From NCBI GenBank assembly GCA_036840015.1, contig DAISVV010000001.1, positions 1 to 63,171 on the forward strand: a DNA stretch of 63,171 nt, written 5' to 3'. Positions 52,161 to 62,655 of this stretch are shown piece by piece. Origin of the DNA: Micropepsaceae bacterium (GTDB lineage Bacteria; Pseudomonadota; Alphaproteobacteria; Micropepsales; Micropepsaceae). The translations under genes were made by a program, and so were the position numbers. Position 1 is the stretch's first letter. Each line of letters opens with the position of its first letter. A model generated the notes under the pieces. That model had not been told where the DNA came from. It was given only the letters and a program-made list of their open reading frames with translations, and did not search any database.

Positions 52161-52580
52161 ATGCCTGAGGCTCCGGCAAAGGGGCGCGCCGCCGCAAGGC
52201 CGCTCGCGCCGCATCTCCAGATCTATCGCTGGCCCATCACGATGGGGACGTCGATCCTGCACCGCATCACCGGGGTGGGGCTCACGGGCGGAACGCTGCT
52301 GCTTGCGTGGTGGCTCTATGCGGCCTCGGACGGGCCTGAGTCGTATGCGGTCTTCGAGAGTGTCGCCGGCCACTGGTTCGGGCAGCTCGTGCTGTTCGGG
52401 TTCACGCTGGCGCTCGTCTATCATGCGTTCAATGGCGTGCGGCACCTGTTCTGGGATGCGGGCATGGGCTTCGACCTGAAGTCTGCCAACCGCTCCGGCC
52501 TTGTCGTTTATGGCGCCACGCTGTTGACGACGCTTGTCATCTGGATTGCGGCCTATCAATCGATGGGGACCTGGCAATGA
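52161..52580 (+). CDS. sdhC: succinate dehydrogenase cytochrome b556 subunit
   Basis: 139 aa. RPLAPHLQIYRWPITMGTSILHRITG, three TM helices, and its position before sdhD/sdhA. Confidence 0.93.
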   Translation: MPEAPAKGRAAARPLAPHLQIYRWPITMGTSILHRITGVGLTGGTLLLAWWLYAASDGPESYAVFESVAGHWFGQLVLFGFTLALVYHAFNGVRHLFWDAGMGFDLKSANRSGLVVYGATLLTTLVIWIAAYQSMGTWQ

Positions 52581-52951
52581 CCATCCGTACCCCGCTCGGC
52601 CGCGTGCGCGGCCATGGTTCGGCCAAGTCCGGAACGATGCATTTCTGGCACCAGCGCCTGTCGGCGCTCGTGCTGCTGCCGCTCACGATCTGGTTCGTCT
52701 GGGCGGGCGTGAGCCATGTCGGCGCGCCGCATGCGGACGTTCTGATCTTCCTCGCGCAGCCGCTGAACGCAATCGGCATTGCCATGTTCGTGATTGCGGG
52801 CCGCTTCCACATGCTGCGCGGCGTGAAGGGCGTGATCGAGGACTACATCCATAACGAGGGGACCAAGGTTGCGCTTCTCGTGCTTGTCCATTTTGCGGTG
52901 CTTGCGATCGCCGTGACGTGCCTTGTCTCTGTCCTTCGCATCATCGTCTAA
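52577..52951 (+). CDS. sdhD: succinate dehydrogenase hydrophobic membrane anchor
   Basis: 124 aa. ATGA overlap with sdhC. GSAKSGTMHFWHQRLSA and GVKGVIEDYIH. Confidence 0.9.
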   Translation: MTIRTPLGRVRGHGSAKSGTMHFWHQRLSALVLLPLTIWFVWAGVSHVGAPHADVLIFLAQPLNAIGIAMFVIAGRFHMLRGVKGVIEDYIHNEGTKVALLVLVHFAVLAIAVTCLVSVLRIIV

Positions 52952-52969
52952 CCCCCGGGGGCCTGTTCC

Positions 52970-54757
52970 ATGTCCGCTTACACCATCACCGACCATACGT
53001 TCGACGTCGTTGTCGTTGGCGCCGGTGGCTCCGGCCTGAGGGCCACGCTCGAGGCTGCCAAGCGGGGCCTGAGGGTTGCCAATGTCAGCAAGGTCTTCCC
53101 GACGCGCAGCCACACGGTTGCGGCGCAGGGCGGGATCTCGGCCGCGCTCGGCAACATGGAGGCGGATGACTGGCGCTGGCACATGTATGACACGGTGAAG
53201 GGTTCGGACTGGCTGGGCGACCAGGACGCGATCGAATACCTGTGCCGGAACGCGCCGGAGGCGGTCTACGAGCTCGAGCATTTCGGCGTGCCGTTCTCGC
53301 GCACCGAAGACGGCAAGATCTACCAACGCGCGTTCGGCGGCATGACGAAGGAATTCGGCAAGGCTCCCATCCAGCGCACATGTGCCGCGGCTGACCGCAC
53401 GGGCCACGCGATGCTGCACACGCTTTATGGCCAGAGCCTGCGCTATGATGCGACCTTCTTCATCGAGTACTTTGCGCTCGACCTGATCATGGAGGAGGGG
53501 CGCTGCCGTGGCGTGATGGCGTGGTGCCTCGATGACGGGTCGATCCACCGCTTCCGCGCGTCGAAGGTGGTGCTGGCGACCGGCGGCTATGGCCGCGCCT
53601 ACCAGAACTGCACGTCGGCCCATACCTGCACGGGCGACGGCAACGCCATGGTGCTGCGCGCCGGGTTGCCGCTGCAGGACATGGAATTCGTGCAGTTCCA
53701 TCCGACGGGCATCTTCGGTGCCGGCGTGCTGATCACCGAAGGCGTGCGTGGCGAAGGTGGTTACCTGACCAATGGCAATGGCGAGCGCTTCATGGAACGC
53801 TATGCGCCGAACGCCAAGGACCTGGCCTCGCGCGACGTCGTCAGCCGCGCCATGACGATCGAGATCCGCGAGGGTCGCGGCTGCGGCCCGAACAAGGATC
53901 ACATCCACCTGCACCTCAGCCATCTCGACCCGAAGATCATCCACGAGCGCCTGCCGGGGATCTCGGAGTCGGCACGCATCTTCGCGGGCGTGGATGTCAC
54001 CAAGCAGCCGATCCCGGTGCTGCCGACGGTGCACTACAACATGGGCGGCATCCCCACGAACTATCATGGCGAGGTGCTGACGCTGAAGAACGGCAATCCC
54101 GACAGCATCGTGCCAGGCCTCATGGCCATCGGCGAGGCGGCCTGCGTGTCTGTTCATGGTGCCAACCGTCTTGGCTCGAACTCGCTGATCGACCTCGTCG
54201 TGTTCGGCCGCGCGGCCGGCCTGAAGTGTGCCGATGACGTCAAGCCGGGCGAGCGGCAGGCCGAGTTGCCCAAGGGTGCGGGCGACAATTCGCTGGCGCG
54301 CCTTGATCATTTCCGCCATGCGAAGGGCAGCGTGCCGACGGCCGAGTTGCGCCGGCGCATGCAGAAGGCGATGCAGGACCATTGCGCCGTGTTCCGGGCG
54401 AAGGACGTGCTGAAGGAGGGCTGCGACCTTGTCTCGGGCGTCCATCGCGACATGAAGGAGATCGGGGTCAAGGACCGCTCGATGATCTGGAACTCGGACC
54501 TGGTCGAGACGCTCGAGTTCGACAACCTGATCTCGCAGGCGGCCGTGACGGTCGAGGGTGCGCACAACCGCGAGGAAAGCCGCGGTGCCCATGCGCGCGA
54601 GGACTTCCCGAACCGCGATGACCAGAGCTGGATGAAGCACACGCTGACCTGGTTCGACAACCAGACGGGCAAGGTCAAGATCGACTATCGCCCGGTCCAT
54701 ACCTACACCCTGTCGAATGACGTGGAGTACATCGCGCCGAAGGCGCGCACGTACTGA
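52970..54757 (+). CDS. sdhA: succinate dehydrogenase flavoprotein subunit
   Basis: 595 aa. [12 protein letters not shown], the covalent-FAD His region [11 protein letters not shown], and [19 protein letters not shown]. Confidence 0.98.
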   Translation: MSAYTITDHTFDVVVVGAGGSGLRATLEAAKRGLRVANVSKVFPTRSHTVAAQGGISAALGNMEADDWRWHMYDTVKGSDWLGDQDAIEYLCRNAPEAVYELEHFGVPFSRTEDGKIYQRAFGGMTKEFGKAPIQRTCAAADRTGHAMLHTLYGQSLRYDATFFIEYFALDLIMEEGRCRGVMAWCLDDGSIHRFRASKVVLATGGYGRAYQNCTSAHTCTGDGNAMVLRAGLPLQDMEFVQFHPTGIFGAGVLITEGVRGEGGYLTNGNGERFMERYAPNAKDLASRDVVSRAMTIEIREGRGCGPNKDHIHLHLSHLDPKIIHERLPGISESARIFAGVDVTKQPIPVLPTVHYNMGGIPTNYHGEVLTLKNGNPDSIVPGLMAIGEAACVSVHGANRLGSNSLIDLVVFGRAAGLKCADDVKPGERQAELPKGAGDNSLARLDHFRHAKGSVPTAELRRRMQKAMQDHCAVFRAKDVLKEGCDLVSGVHRDMKEIGVKDRSMIWNSDLVETLEFDNLISQAAVTVEGAHNREESRGAHAREDFPNRDDQSWMKHTLTWFDNQTGKVKIDYRPVHTYTLSNDVEYIAPKARTY

Positions 54758-54768
54758 GCGCGGCCGGC

Positions 54769-55539
54769 TTGCGGGTCCTGGTCACGGGCGGGTCCGAGGG
54801 GATCGGGCTTGCCATCGCCACCATGGCGGCGGGTGCGGGTGCGCAGGTCGAAATCTGGGGGCGGGATGAAGGCCGCCTTGCCGCTGCACAGCGCGTTTCA
54901 GGGGCCGCGTCCAGCCAGTCCGTCGATGTGACGAACATGGACCGCGTCCGTGCGGCGGCTCTGCTGCTTGTCGCACGTGGTCCTGTCGACCGGGTCTTCC
55001 ACTGTGCCGGCTATGCGAAGGCTGCCTTCATCGACGAGGCCGGCGACGATGATGCGCCTGGCATGTTTGCGACGAATGCGGTGGGCAGCGTGAACGTGGC
55101 GCGTGCGCTTGCGCCTGCGATGATGGCTGCGCGGCGCGGGGCGATCGTGCTGACGGCGTCGGATCTTGGCTATGTCGGGCTGTTTGGCTGGTCGATCTAT
55201 GCGGCGACCAAGCATGCGGTTGTCGGCCTTGGCACGTCGCTGCGCCACGAGCTGGCGCCGCATGGTGTCAGCGTGCAGGTACTGTGCCCGCCGGCCACGC
55301 AGACGCCGGGCTATGACCGGGAAAACCTGACCAAGCCCTCTTCGGTCCGGCGTGCGGAGGAAGCGGGCGGGGTGATGTCCGCCGCGGACGTGGCCCGCGT
55401 GGCGTGGATGCGATGCGGGCGGGGTGGTGCGCTGATCATTCCCAACCTGTCATCGCGCGTGCTTCACGCGCTGTCGCGGGTTTCGACAGGTCTTGTGCAC
55501 CGCCTGGTGCGCGCGCCGGGTCCCGGAGAGCCGCGCTAG
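54769..55539 (+). CDS. short-chain dehydrogenase/reductase
   Basis: 256 aa. TTG start 12 nt after the sdhA stop. VLVTGGSEGIGLA (TGxxxGxG) and YAATKHAV (YxxxK). Confidence 0.8.
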   Translation: MRVLVTGGSEGIGLAIATMAAGAGAQVEIWGRDEGRLAAAQRVSGAASSQSVDVTNMDRVRAAALLLVARGPVDRVFHCAGYAKAAFIDEAGDDDAPGMFATNAVGSVNVARALAPAMMAARRGAIVLTASDLGYVGLFGWSIYAATKHAVVGLGTSLRHELAPHGVSVQVLCPPATQTPGYDRENLTKPSSVRRAEEAGGVMSAADVARVAWMRCGRGGALIIPNLSSRVLHALSRVSTGLVHRLVRAPGPGEPR

Positions 55540-58274
55540 GGCTTCGCGCCCGGGGCCGCGAGGAGTGCGGCCTCAATGCTGGCGCCGTTGGCCTTCTTCC
55601 AGGCATGGCAGCGGGCCACGGTCTCGAGCGTGTTGGCCAGCGTGCGGGGGGCGCCCACGATCTTCGCGACGCGCGGCTCGAAGAAGCTGCGGATCTCGGC
55701 CTCGTGCGCGCTCGTGCACAGGCTGGCTGGCAGGCTGACAAGGCGCGACTGGCTGCCTTCGCCCGTTACCTCGACGATGCGGTCATAATCGCGGCGCAGC
55801 CATGCCCAGGCGGCCTCGCGGCTCGGGCCGCTGGCGAAGGCCTCGCGCATGTAGTTGACGACCTCGCGCACGCGCAGTTCGCCCGAGAGGATGAAGGACT
55901 GGATCGTGGCGATGGCCTGCGGCTCGCGCGCGGCGGCGAGGGCGCGGACGATCATGTTGCGCTGCTCGGCCTGCCGGGTTGCCTTGAGCGCGGCGATGCC
56001 CCTTGCGGCGCTGTCCGCCCCGCCGGTCGAGAGGGCGGCGTTGAGAAGGGATGGTGTCATTTCGTCGAAGGACGCCCTCTGGCCACGCGCTACGGCGTCG
56101 AGGAGGGCGTTGCCCTGCGGGGCCAGCAGGGCGAGGGCGTTTGCGTCGCGGGCGACGGACACGGCCAGCATCGCGTGCGCGGCACGGGCGAGGGTGCGGC
56201 CCGGCATTTCGGCAGCCTGCGGGCGCTGGAGGCGGGCGAAGGGCTTTTGGAAGCTGCGGGCGAGGCTTGCCTCGAAGTCTGCGTGCCGCGCCGGATCGAG
56301 AAGATCGTCGCGCAGCTCGCGCAGGAAGGTTGTTGCCAGCTCGACCACGTCCCATGCGCCCGCGGTGACGGCCTCGTTCAGTGCCATCACATAGGTGGGG
56401 GCGATTTCGCCGTCGGCGCGGAAGGCGGCGCGCAAGGCGTGAAGCAGGGCCAGCTGCTCGGCGGCGTTCAGCGACTTGAACGCGCCCGCAAGGCGCGACC
56501 ACTCGGCGGCCGGCATCGTGAAGCGATAGTACCCGGCTGCGTCGGTGTTGGGCATCAGCGGCACATTGCAGAGCTTGCGCACGGTGAAGGTGCGTGGTGT
56601 TGCCGTCAGCATCGTGCAGGGCAGCTTGCGGCCCTTGCCCAGTTCGCGCATGCAGACGGGCACCGACCAGGTGCGCTGGTCACTTGCCGCCCTGGCTCCA
56701 TAGGGTGACTGGCGGATCGTGACGTCGAGGTCCTTGCCCTTGCAGGCGGTCTCGACTGTCACCAAGGGCAGGCCTGGCTGGTTGAGGAAGGTTTCCATTG
56801 CGCGGACAACCTCGGGCTTGCGCGAGGCGGCACCGAGCGAGGCGAGGAAGTCATTGGTGTCGGCGGTGCCATGGGCAAAGCGGCGCATGTGCAGGCGCAC
56901 GCCCTCGCGGAAGGTCTCGGGCCCGAGATACTGCTCGAACATCTGCAGGACGGCTGCGCCCTTGTCGTAGGTGAGGCCGTCGAAGGCATTGAAGATGTCG
57001 TCGTTCGTCACGATGGGCTGGCGGATCGCGCGGGCGCTTGAGAGGGCGTCGAGATCCATGACATCGAGCGCCTCGCGCACGGTCTCCCGGCCGATCTCGT
57101 CCTCGGGCCAGAGCTCGGCCGAGATCCTGTTGCCGAGCCAGGAGGCAAAGGCCTCGTTCAGCCAGATGTCGTTCCACCAGCGCGGCGTGACGAGATCACC
57201 GAACCACTGGTGGGCCACTTCGTGGGCGTGGAGAAGCTTGAAGTAGCGCCGTTGCGCGATGGAGGGGTTGTCGCCGAGAAGGATGCCCCGTTCGGTGTAG
57301 GTGATGGCGCCCGCGTTCTCCATGCCGCCGGCGAGGAAGTTCGGCGGCGCGATGAGGTCGAGCTTGGGGTAGGGGAAGGGGGCTGCGAAGTAGTCCTCGA
57401 GGCCGGTGACAAGGCGCGGCGTTTCCTTCAGCGCGTATTGCGCGGTTGCGATCTTGCCCATCACGGACACGGCGCGCACGGGCAGGGGCTGCGTGCGGAT
57501 CTTCGAGGGGGGAACCGGCGGGCCGGATGCAATCTCGTAGGGTCCGACGGCGATGGCCACGAGATAGGTTGGCAGCGGTGCGGTCGTGGCGAAGGTCGTT
57601 CGCGTCACGCCTTCGGCCACGGGTTCCTGAGCGACCGGCAGCGTGTTCGAAATGGCCTGGTGGCGGGCGATATGGGTGATCGTGATGTCGAAGGGCGTCT
57701 TGAAGCGGGGTTCGTCGAAGCACGGGAACGCACGGCGGGCCGAGATTTCCTGGAATTGCGTCCAGATGTAGCGGACGCCGCTTTCGCTCATCGAGGTCAG
57801 CGCGTCGGGCTGGGTCTCGAAGGCGGCGGTGAAGGGCAGCGTCACGCGAACCTTGCCGGCGGGCAGCTGCTGGTCGAAGGCCACGAGGGCGACGCCACTG
57901 GGATCGACCTGCGTGTAGGTGCCGCCGACGTCGGGCCGGCCGGGTGCTCGCGCGGTGACGCGTCCGACGCCGAGGTCCCTGCCATGCAGGTAGATCTCGC
58001 GCCGGGGCGCCTTGAGCTCGATCTGGATCTCGACCTCGCCTTCGTAGCGGCGCTGGTCAGGGTTAAGCATCAGGTTGATGCGATAGTGCAGCGGTTCGAC
58101 GTTGGGGGGCAGTTGCCCTAGCGGAATGTCGCGCTCGGCCGGCGTTGCGGGTCGTTCCGGTACACTCGCTGCCTTGTTGAGGCTGCCGGTCGCAGGCTTG
58201 TCGGTGCTGCCCGAATCGCAAGAAGCCGCAGCGAAAGCCGCCGCAAGCAGCAAGGCAATGGCCCGCATGCGCAT
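55536..58274 (-). CDS. M1-family zinc aminopeptidase (aminopeptidase N-like), lipoprotein
   Basis: 912 aa. Lipobox AAASC after [14 protein letters not shown]. Exopeptidase motif GGMENAG, zinc motif [10 protein letters not shown] plus WLNEAFASW. Confidence 0.9.
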   Translation of the reverse strand: MRMRAIALLLAAAFAAASCDSGSTDKPATGSLNKAASVPERPATPAERDIPLGQLPPNVEPLHYRINLMLNPDQRRYEGEVEIQIELKAPRREIYLHGRDLGVGRVTARAPGRPDVGGTYTQVDPSGVALVAFDQQLPAGKVRVTLPFTAAFETQPDALTSMSESGVRYIWTQFQEISARRAFPCFDEPRFKTPFDITITHIARHQAISNTLPVAQEPVAEGVTRTTFATTAPLPTYLVAIAVGPYEIASGPPVPPSKIRTQPLPVRAVSVMGKIATAQYALKETPRLVTGLEDYFAAPFPYPKLDLIAPPNFLAGGMENAGAITYTERGILLGDNPSIAQRRYFKLLHAHEVAHQWFGDLVTPRWWNDIWLNEAFASWLGNRISAELWPEDEIGRETVREALDVMDLDALSSARAIRQPIVTNDDIFNAFDGLTYDKGAAVLQMFEQYLGPETFREGVRLHMRRFAHGTADTNDFLASLGAASRKPEVVRAMETFLNQPGLPLVTVETACKGKDLDVTIRQSPYGARAASDQRTWSVPVCMRELGKGRKLPCTMLTATPRTFTVRKLCNVPLMPNTDAAGYYRFTMPAAEWSRLAGAFKSLNAAEQLALLHALRAAFRADGEIAPTYVMALNEAVTAGAWDVVELATTFLRELRDDLLDPARHADFEASLARSFQKPFARLQRPQAAEMPGRTLARAAHAMLAVSVARDANALALLAPQGNALLDAVARGQRASFDEMTPSLLNAALSTGGADSAARGIAALKATRQAEQRNMIVRALAAAREPQAIATIQSFILSGELRVREVVNYMREAFASGPSREAAWAWLRRDYDRIVEVTGEGSQSRLVSLPASLCTSAHEAEIRSFFEPRVAKIVGAPRTLANTLETVARCHAWKKANGASIEAALLAAPGAKP

Positions 58275-58402
58275 GTCTGAGACCCCCCGGTCACCATGCC
58301 GACCCTAATGCGGCATTCAGGACTTGTGTACCCCGTGGACGTTACAACCCCAAGACACTACATAGTGTGGCAACAGTCACCCAGCGGCGTCGGTTCCCTC
58401 CC

Positions 58403-59182
58403 ATGGCAAAATTCACGCTTCCCAAGAACAGCAAGGTTCGTCCCGGCAAGACCTGGCCTGCGCCCGCGGGCGCCAAGCGCGTGAAGACGTTCAAGGTCTA
58501 TCGCTGGGATCCCGAGGATGGCCAGAACCCGCGGCTCGACAGCTACGAGGTCGACCTCGACACGTGCGGCCCGATGGTCCTCGACGCGCTGCTCAAGATC
58601 AAGGCCGAGATCGATCCGACGCTGACGTTCCGCCGTTCGTGCCGCGAGGGCGTTTGCGGAAGCTGCGCGATGAACATCGACGGTTCGAATACGCTGGCCT
58701 GCACGAAATCGATGGATGACGTGAACGGTGCGATTGCGATCTATCCGCTGCCCAGCATGAATGTCATCAAGGACCTCGTGCCGGACATGTCGCATTTCTA
58801 TGCGCAGTACGCGTCGATCGAGCCCTGGCTGCACACCAGCACGCCCACGCCCGAGAAGGAGTGGAAGCAGTCCCCCGAGGACCGGCAGAAGCTCGATGGG
58901 CTTTACGAGTGCATCCTGTGCGCCTGCTGCTCGACCTCGTGCCCGAGCTACTGGTGGAACCAGGAGCGGTACCTTGGCCCTGCCATCCTGCTGCAGGCCT
59001 ATCGCTGGCTGGCGGATTCGCGCGATGAGGCCACGGGCGAGCGGCTCGACAATCTCGAGGATCCGTTCCGCCTCTATCGCTGCCACACGATCATGAACTG
59101 CGCGAGCGTGTGCCCGAAGGGCCTCAACCCGGCCCAGGCGATCGGCGAGATCAAGCAGATGATGGTCAAGCGCTCGGTCTAG
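58403..59182 (+). CDS. sdhB: succinate dehydrogenase iron-sulfur subunit
   Basis: 259 aa from ATG 58403. [11 protein letters not shown] (2Fe-2S), [13 protein letters not shown] (4Fe-4S), [13 protein letters not shown] (3Fe-4S). Confidence 0.97.
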   Translation: MAKFTLPKNSKVRPGKTWPAPAGAKRVKTFKVYRWDPEDGQNPRLDSYEVDLDTCGPMVLDALLKIKAEIDPTLTFRRSCREGVCGSCAMNIDGSNTLACTKSMDDVNGAIAIYPLPSMNVIKDLVPDMSHFYAQYASIEPWLHTSTPTPEKEWKQSPEDRQKLDGLYECILCACCSTSCPSYWWNQERYLGPAILLQAYRWLADSRDEATGERLDNLEDPFRLYRCHTIMNCASVCPKGLNPAQAIGEIKQMMVKRSV

Positions 59183-60438
59183 CGGGCGCAGTTTTCAACG
59201 ACGTCGACGATGGCGTCCGTGAGGATGGCCAGGTCCTCGCGGCTGATCGACAGCGGCGGTGTCGTGTAGACGATGTTGCCGAAGGGCCTGATCCAGACAC
59301 CGCGCCTGATGAATTCCTGGCGCAGTGCGATGCGGTCAAGCCGTTCGAGTTGCACCACGCCGATCGCGCCTTTCACGCGGACATCGACCACATTGGGCTT
59401 CCCCTTGAGGCGTGACAGGGCGCTCGCGAGATGCTCGCCGATCGACAGGGCCTGCGCCTTTCGCGGCTCGCGTTCGAACAGGTCAAGCGAGGCATTCGCG
59501 GCTGCGCAGGCGAGGGCATTGCCCATATAGGTAGGCCCGTGCATCAGCGCCTTCGCCGGGTCATCGTCGAGAAAGGCGTCGAAGACCTGCCTGGTGGCGA
59601 CTGTCGCTGCAAGAGGCAGGGCTCCGCCCGTCAGGGCCTTGCCGAGGCAGATGATGTCGGGGACGATGCCGGTCTGCTCGCAGGCGAACATCGTGCCTGT
59701 GCGGGCAAAGCCCGTGAAGATCTCGTCGAGTATCAGCAGAACGCCATGCCTTCGGGCGCAGTCGGCGATGGCCTTCAGGGTTTCAGGCGGGTGGAACAGC
59801 ATGCCCCCGGCGCCCTGCACGAGAGGTTCGACGATCACAGCGGCGACGTCCGGCCTCGAGAGCATCGCATCGAGGCCTGTGATCGCGTCCGGGGTTGCTG
59901 GCAGTTCCGCCATCAGGTTGCCGGGGAGCATGCCGCCGAAGAGGGCGTGCATGCCCTCGTCGGGATCGCAGAGCGCCATGGTCGCGAAGGTGTCACCGTG
60001 ATAGCTGCCGCGGAAGTGCACGATGCGCTGGCGCTGCCGGTTGCCCTTGTTCACCCAGTACTGGATGGCCATCTTCAGGGCGACCTCCACGGCGACCGAG
60101 CCTGAGTCGGTAAAGAACGTGCGCTCGAGGCCGGCCGGCAGGATGCGCGCAAGGCGCGAGGCGAGCGTGTAGGCCTGTTCGTGCGCGAGGCCGCCCAGCA
60201 TCACGTGGGGGAGGCGGGCGAGCTGTGCGCCCATCACGTCGCGCATGTGCGGGTGATTGTAGCCGTGTGCGACGGTCCACCAGGAGGCGACGCCGTCGAC
60301 GAGTTCGCGCCCGTCGGCAAGGCGCAGGCGGCTGCCCTCCGCGCCCACCACCGGCAGGGGCAGGGGGGCCGTCTTCATCTGGGCGTAAGGCAGCCAGATG
60401 TGCTGCCAGCCTTCGGTCAGCCAGGCGGGTGTCGTCAC
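59179..60438 (-). CDS. bioA: adenosylmethionine-8-amino-7-oxononanoate aminotransferase
   Basis: 419 aa from GTG 60438, which overlaps the bioB stop (GTGA). [36 protein letters not shown], and PLP lysine [12 protein letters not shown]. The 980-aa ORF in the track is this gene's frame running on through bioB and bioF. Confidence 0.93.
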   Translation of the reverse strand: MTTPAWLTEGWQHIWLPYAQMKTAPLPLPVVGAEGSRLRLADGRELVDGVASWWTVAHGYNHPHMRDVMGAQLARLPHVMLGGLAHEQAYTLASRLARILPAGLERTFFTDSGSVAVEVALKMAIQYWVNKGNRQRQRIVHFRGSYHGDTFATMALCDPDEGMHALFGGMLPGNLMAELPATPDAITGLDAMLSRPDVAAVIVEPLVQGAGGMLFHPPETLKAIADCARRHGVLLILDEIFTGFARTGTMFACEQTGIVPDIICLGKALTGGALPLAATVATRQVFDAFLDDDPAKALMHGPTYMGNALACAAANASLDLFEREPRKAQALSIGEHLASALSRLKGKPNVVDVRVKGAIGVVQLERLDRIALRQEFIRRGVWIRPFGNIVYTTPPLSISREDLAILTDAIVDVVENCAR

Positions 60439-61433
60439 GCCGTCATCGCGCGGATGCCAAGCTTCGCCCACAGGCGGTCGTCGCGCTCCTTGGCGGGGTT
60501 TGCGGTCGTGAGCAACCTGTCGCCGATGAAGATCGAGTTGGCGCCTGCGAGGAAGCAGAGCGCCTGGAGTTCCTCGCTCATCGTCTCGCGGCCGGCCGAG
60601 AGGCGTACCATTGACGAAGGCATCATGATGCGGGCGGCGGCGATGGTGCGGACGAATTCGATCCCTTCGACGGCATGCGAATTGCCCAGCGGCGTGCCGC
60701 GGATCGGCACGAGGGCGTTGATGGGAACCGATTCGGGCGGGGTCTGCATGTTGGCGAGCAGGAGCAGCATGCCGATCCGGTCCTCGCGGGCCTCGCCCAT
60801 GCCGATGATGCCGCCGCAGCAGACATTCATTCCGGCCTCGCGGACATGCTGGAGCGTGTCGAGGCGGTCGGCGAGGGTGCGCGTGGTGACGACCTTCTCG
60901 TAGTATTCGGGGCCGGTATCGATGTTGTGGTTGTAGTAGTCGAGGCCGGCACCGGCGAGGCGGTCGGCCTGCGATCTGGTGAGCATGCCCAGCGTCATGC
61001 AGGTTTCCATGCCCATGGCCTTGACCTCGTGGACCATCTCGCAGAGCGTGTCGATGTCGCGGTCCTTGGGTTCGCGCCAGGCGGCGCCCATGCAGAAGCG
61101 CGTTGCGCCGCCCGCCTTGGCGCGTGCGGCGGCGGTCCTGACCTCGTCCAGGGCCATGAGCCTGGAGGCCTTGAGGCCGGTCTCGAAATGCGAGGACTGG
61201 CTGCAGTAGCCGCAATTCTCGGCGCAGCCGCCTGTCTTGATGGACAGCAGCGTCGACATCTGCACCTCGTTCGGGTCGAAGTGCTGGCGGTGTGCGGTCT
61301 GTGCCTGGAAGATCAGGTCGCTGAAGGGCTGCTCGAAGAGCGCGCGTGCGGCGTCGAATGTCCAGCGCGGGGTGGTGGATTGCGGGGCGGGAGAGGCCTT
61401 GTGCTGCGGGGCGCTGGTGGCTGTTGTTGTCAT
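60435..61433 (-). CDS. bioB: biotin synthase
   Basis: 332 aa. Radical-SAM cluster motif [13 protein letters not shown], plus CMGAAWR and YNHNIDT. Confidence 0.96.
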   Translation of the reverse strand: MTTTATSAPQHKASPAPQSTTPRWTFDAARALFEQPFSDLIFQAQTAHRQHFDPNEVQMSTLLSIKTGGCAENCGYCSQSSHFETGLKASRLMALDEVRTAAARAKAGGATRFCMGAAWREPKDRDIDTLCEMVHEVKAMGMETCMTLGMLTRSQADRLAGAGLDYYNHNIDTGPEYYEKVVTTRTLADRLDTLQHVREAGMNVCCGGIIGMGEAREDRIGMLLLLANMQTPPESVPINALVPIRGTPLGNSHAVEGIEFVRTIAAARIMMPSSMVRLSAGRETMSEELQALCFLAGANSIFIGDRLLTTANPAKERDDRLWAKLGIRAMTA

Positions 61434-61524
61434 TGACGATGGTGCCTGGTTCAGATGTGATTGCGCACAATAAGCACCAACCGTTCCGGGTCAAGGAACC
61501 CCATGACTGCAAAGCCTGTCCCCC

Positions 61525-62655
61525 ATGGTTAGCCTCGACGTTTTTGCGGCCGAAAAGCTCGAGGCTGCGGCGGCGCGCTCGCTTTTGCGCCACCTGCCGG
61601 ATCCGGCGGGCGCGGGGATCAATTTCTGTTCGAATGACTATCTCGGGCTGTCGCAGGATCCGCGGCTGGCAGCGGCGGCGCGCGCAGCGCTGGGGCTCCA
61701 CGGCACGGGCGCGGGTGCCTCGCGGCTGGTGACAGGAAACCACAGGCCCTATGTGGAATGCGAGGCGGCCCTGGCGGCACTGAAGTCCACCGAGGCGGCG
61801 CTGGTGTTCGGGTCGGGGTATCTTGCAAATATCGGGACCATTCCCGCGCTTGTGGGGCCGGGGGACATGATCGTTGCCGATGCGCTGTCGCATGCGTGCA
61901 TGATCTCGGGCGCGCGGCTTTCGGGGGCGGAGGTTCTGCTGTTCCGCCACAATGATGCCGTGCATCTCGGCGAAATTCTCAGGACCTACCGGACTGCGTT
62001 TCGCCATTGCCTGGTCCTTACCGAGGGCGTGTTCAGCATGGATGGCGACCTTGCGCCGCTGGCGGACATTGAGGCGCAGGTCCGTGCGCATGACGCCTGG
62101 CTGATGGTCGACGATGCCCACGGGCTTGGCGTGATCGGGGAGGGGCGCGGGGCCGCGCAGGCGGCTGGCGTCGTGCCGGACATCCAGATGGGAACGTTCT
62201 CGAAGGCTGTCGGGTCCTATGGTGGCTATGTCGCCGGCTCGCGGCCGGTGATCGAGATGCTGGTCAACCGGGCACGCAGCCTCGTGTTCTCGACAGGCCT
62301 GCCGCCTGCAGTGGTGGCGGCGACGACGGCTGGGCTTGGCATCATTGCGTCGGACCGGGCGCTGTGCGCGCGTCCGGTGGCGCTTGCCAGCCTGTTCTGC
62401 CGGCTGGCGGACCTGCCGGTGCCCGCATCTGCCATCGTGCCGGTCGTGCTGGGCGAGGCGGCTGCGACGCTCGAGGCTTCGCGTGTACTACAGGCGCAAG
62501 GGTTCCTGGTGCGTGCGATCCGGCCGCCGACCGTGCCTGACGGCACAGCGCGCCTCAGGGTCACGTTCTGCGCCAACCAGAAAGAGGAAGATGTCGTGAG
62601 GCTTGCCACTGCCATTCGTGCGTTGCGGCTCCGGTCCGGAGGGCCTGGCGCATGA
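61525..62655 (+). CDS. bioF: 8-amino-7-oxononanoate synthase
   Basis: 376 aa. SNDYLGL, DALSHACMI, MVDDAHGLGV, and PLP lysine GTFSKAVGSYGG. Confidence 0.93.
   Translation: MVSLDVFAAEKLEAAAARSLLRHLPDPAGAGINFCSNDYLGLSQDPRLAAAARAALGLHGTGAGASRLVTGNHRPYVECEAALAALKSTEAALVFGSGYLANIGTIPALVGPGDMIVADALSHACMISGARLSGAEVLLFRHNDAVHLGEILRTYRTAFRHCLVLTEGVFSMDGDLAPLADIEAQVRAHDAWLMVDDAHGLGVIGEGRGAAQAAGVVPDIQMGTFSKAVGSYGGYVAGSRPVIEMLVNRARSLVFSTGLPPAVVAATTAGLGIIASDRALCARPVALASLFCRLADLPVPASAIVPVVLGEAAATLEASRVLQAQGFLVRAIRPPTVPDGTARLRVTFCANQKEEDVVRLATAIRALRLRSGGPGA

Noticed and set aside
52556-54700. 714-aa ORF antisense to sdhD/sdhA
   Set aside because: It is antisense to the SDH flavoprotein gene, and I saw no recognisable domain.
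59179-62121. 980-aa ORF on the minus strand spanning the whole bio cluster
   Set aside because: Only its C-terminal 419 aa (from GTG 60438) look like a real protein, BioA. The upstream part is Arg/Pro/His-rich low-complexity sequence. It runs out of frame through bioB and antisense to bioF. This is a typical open-frame artefact of GC-rich DNA.
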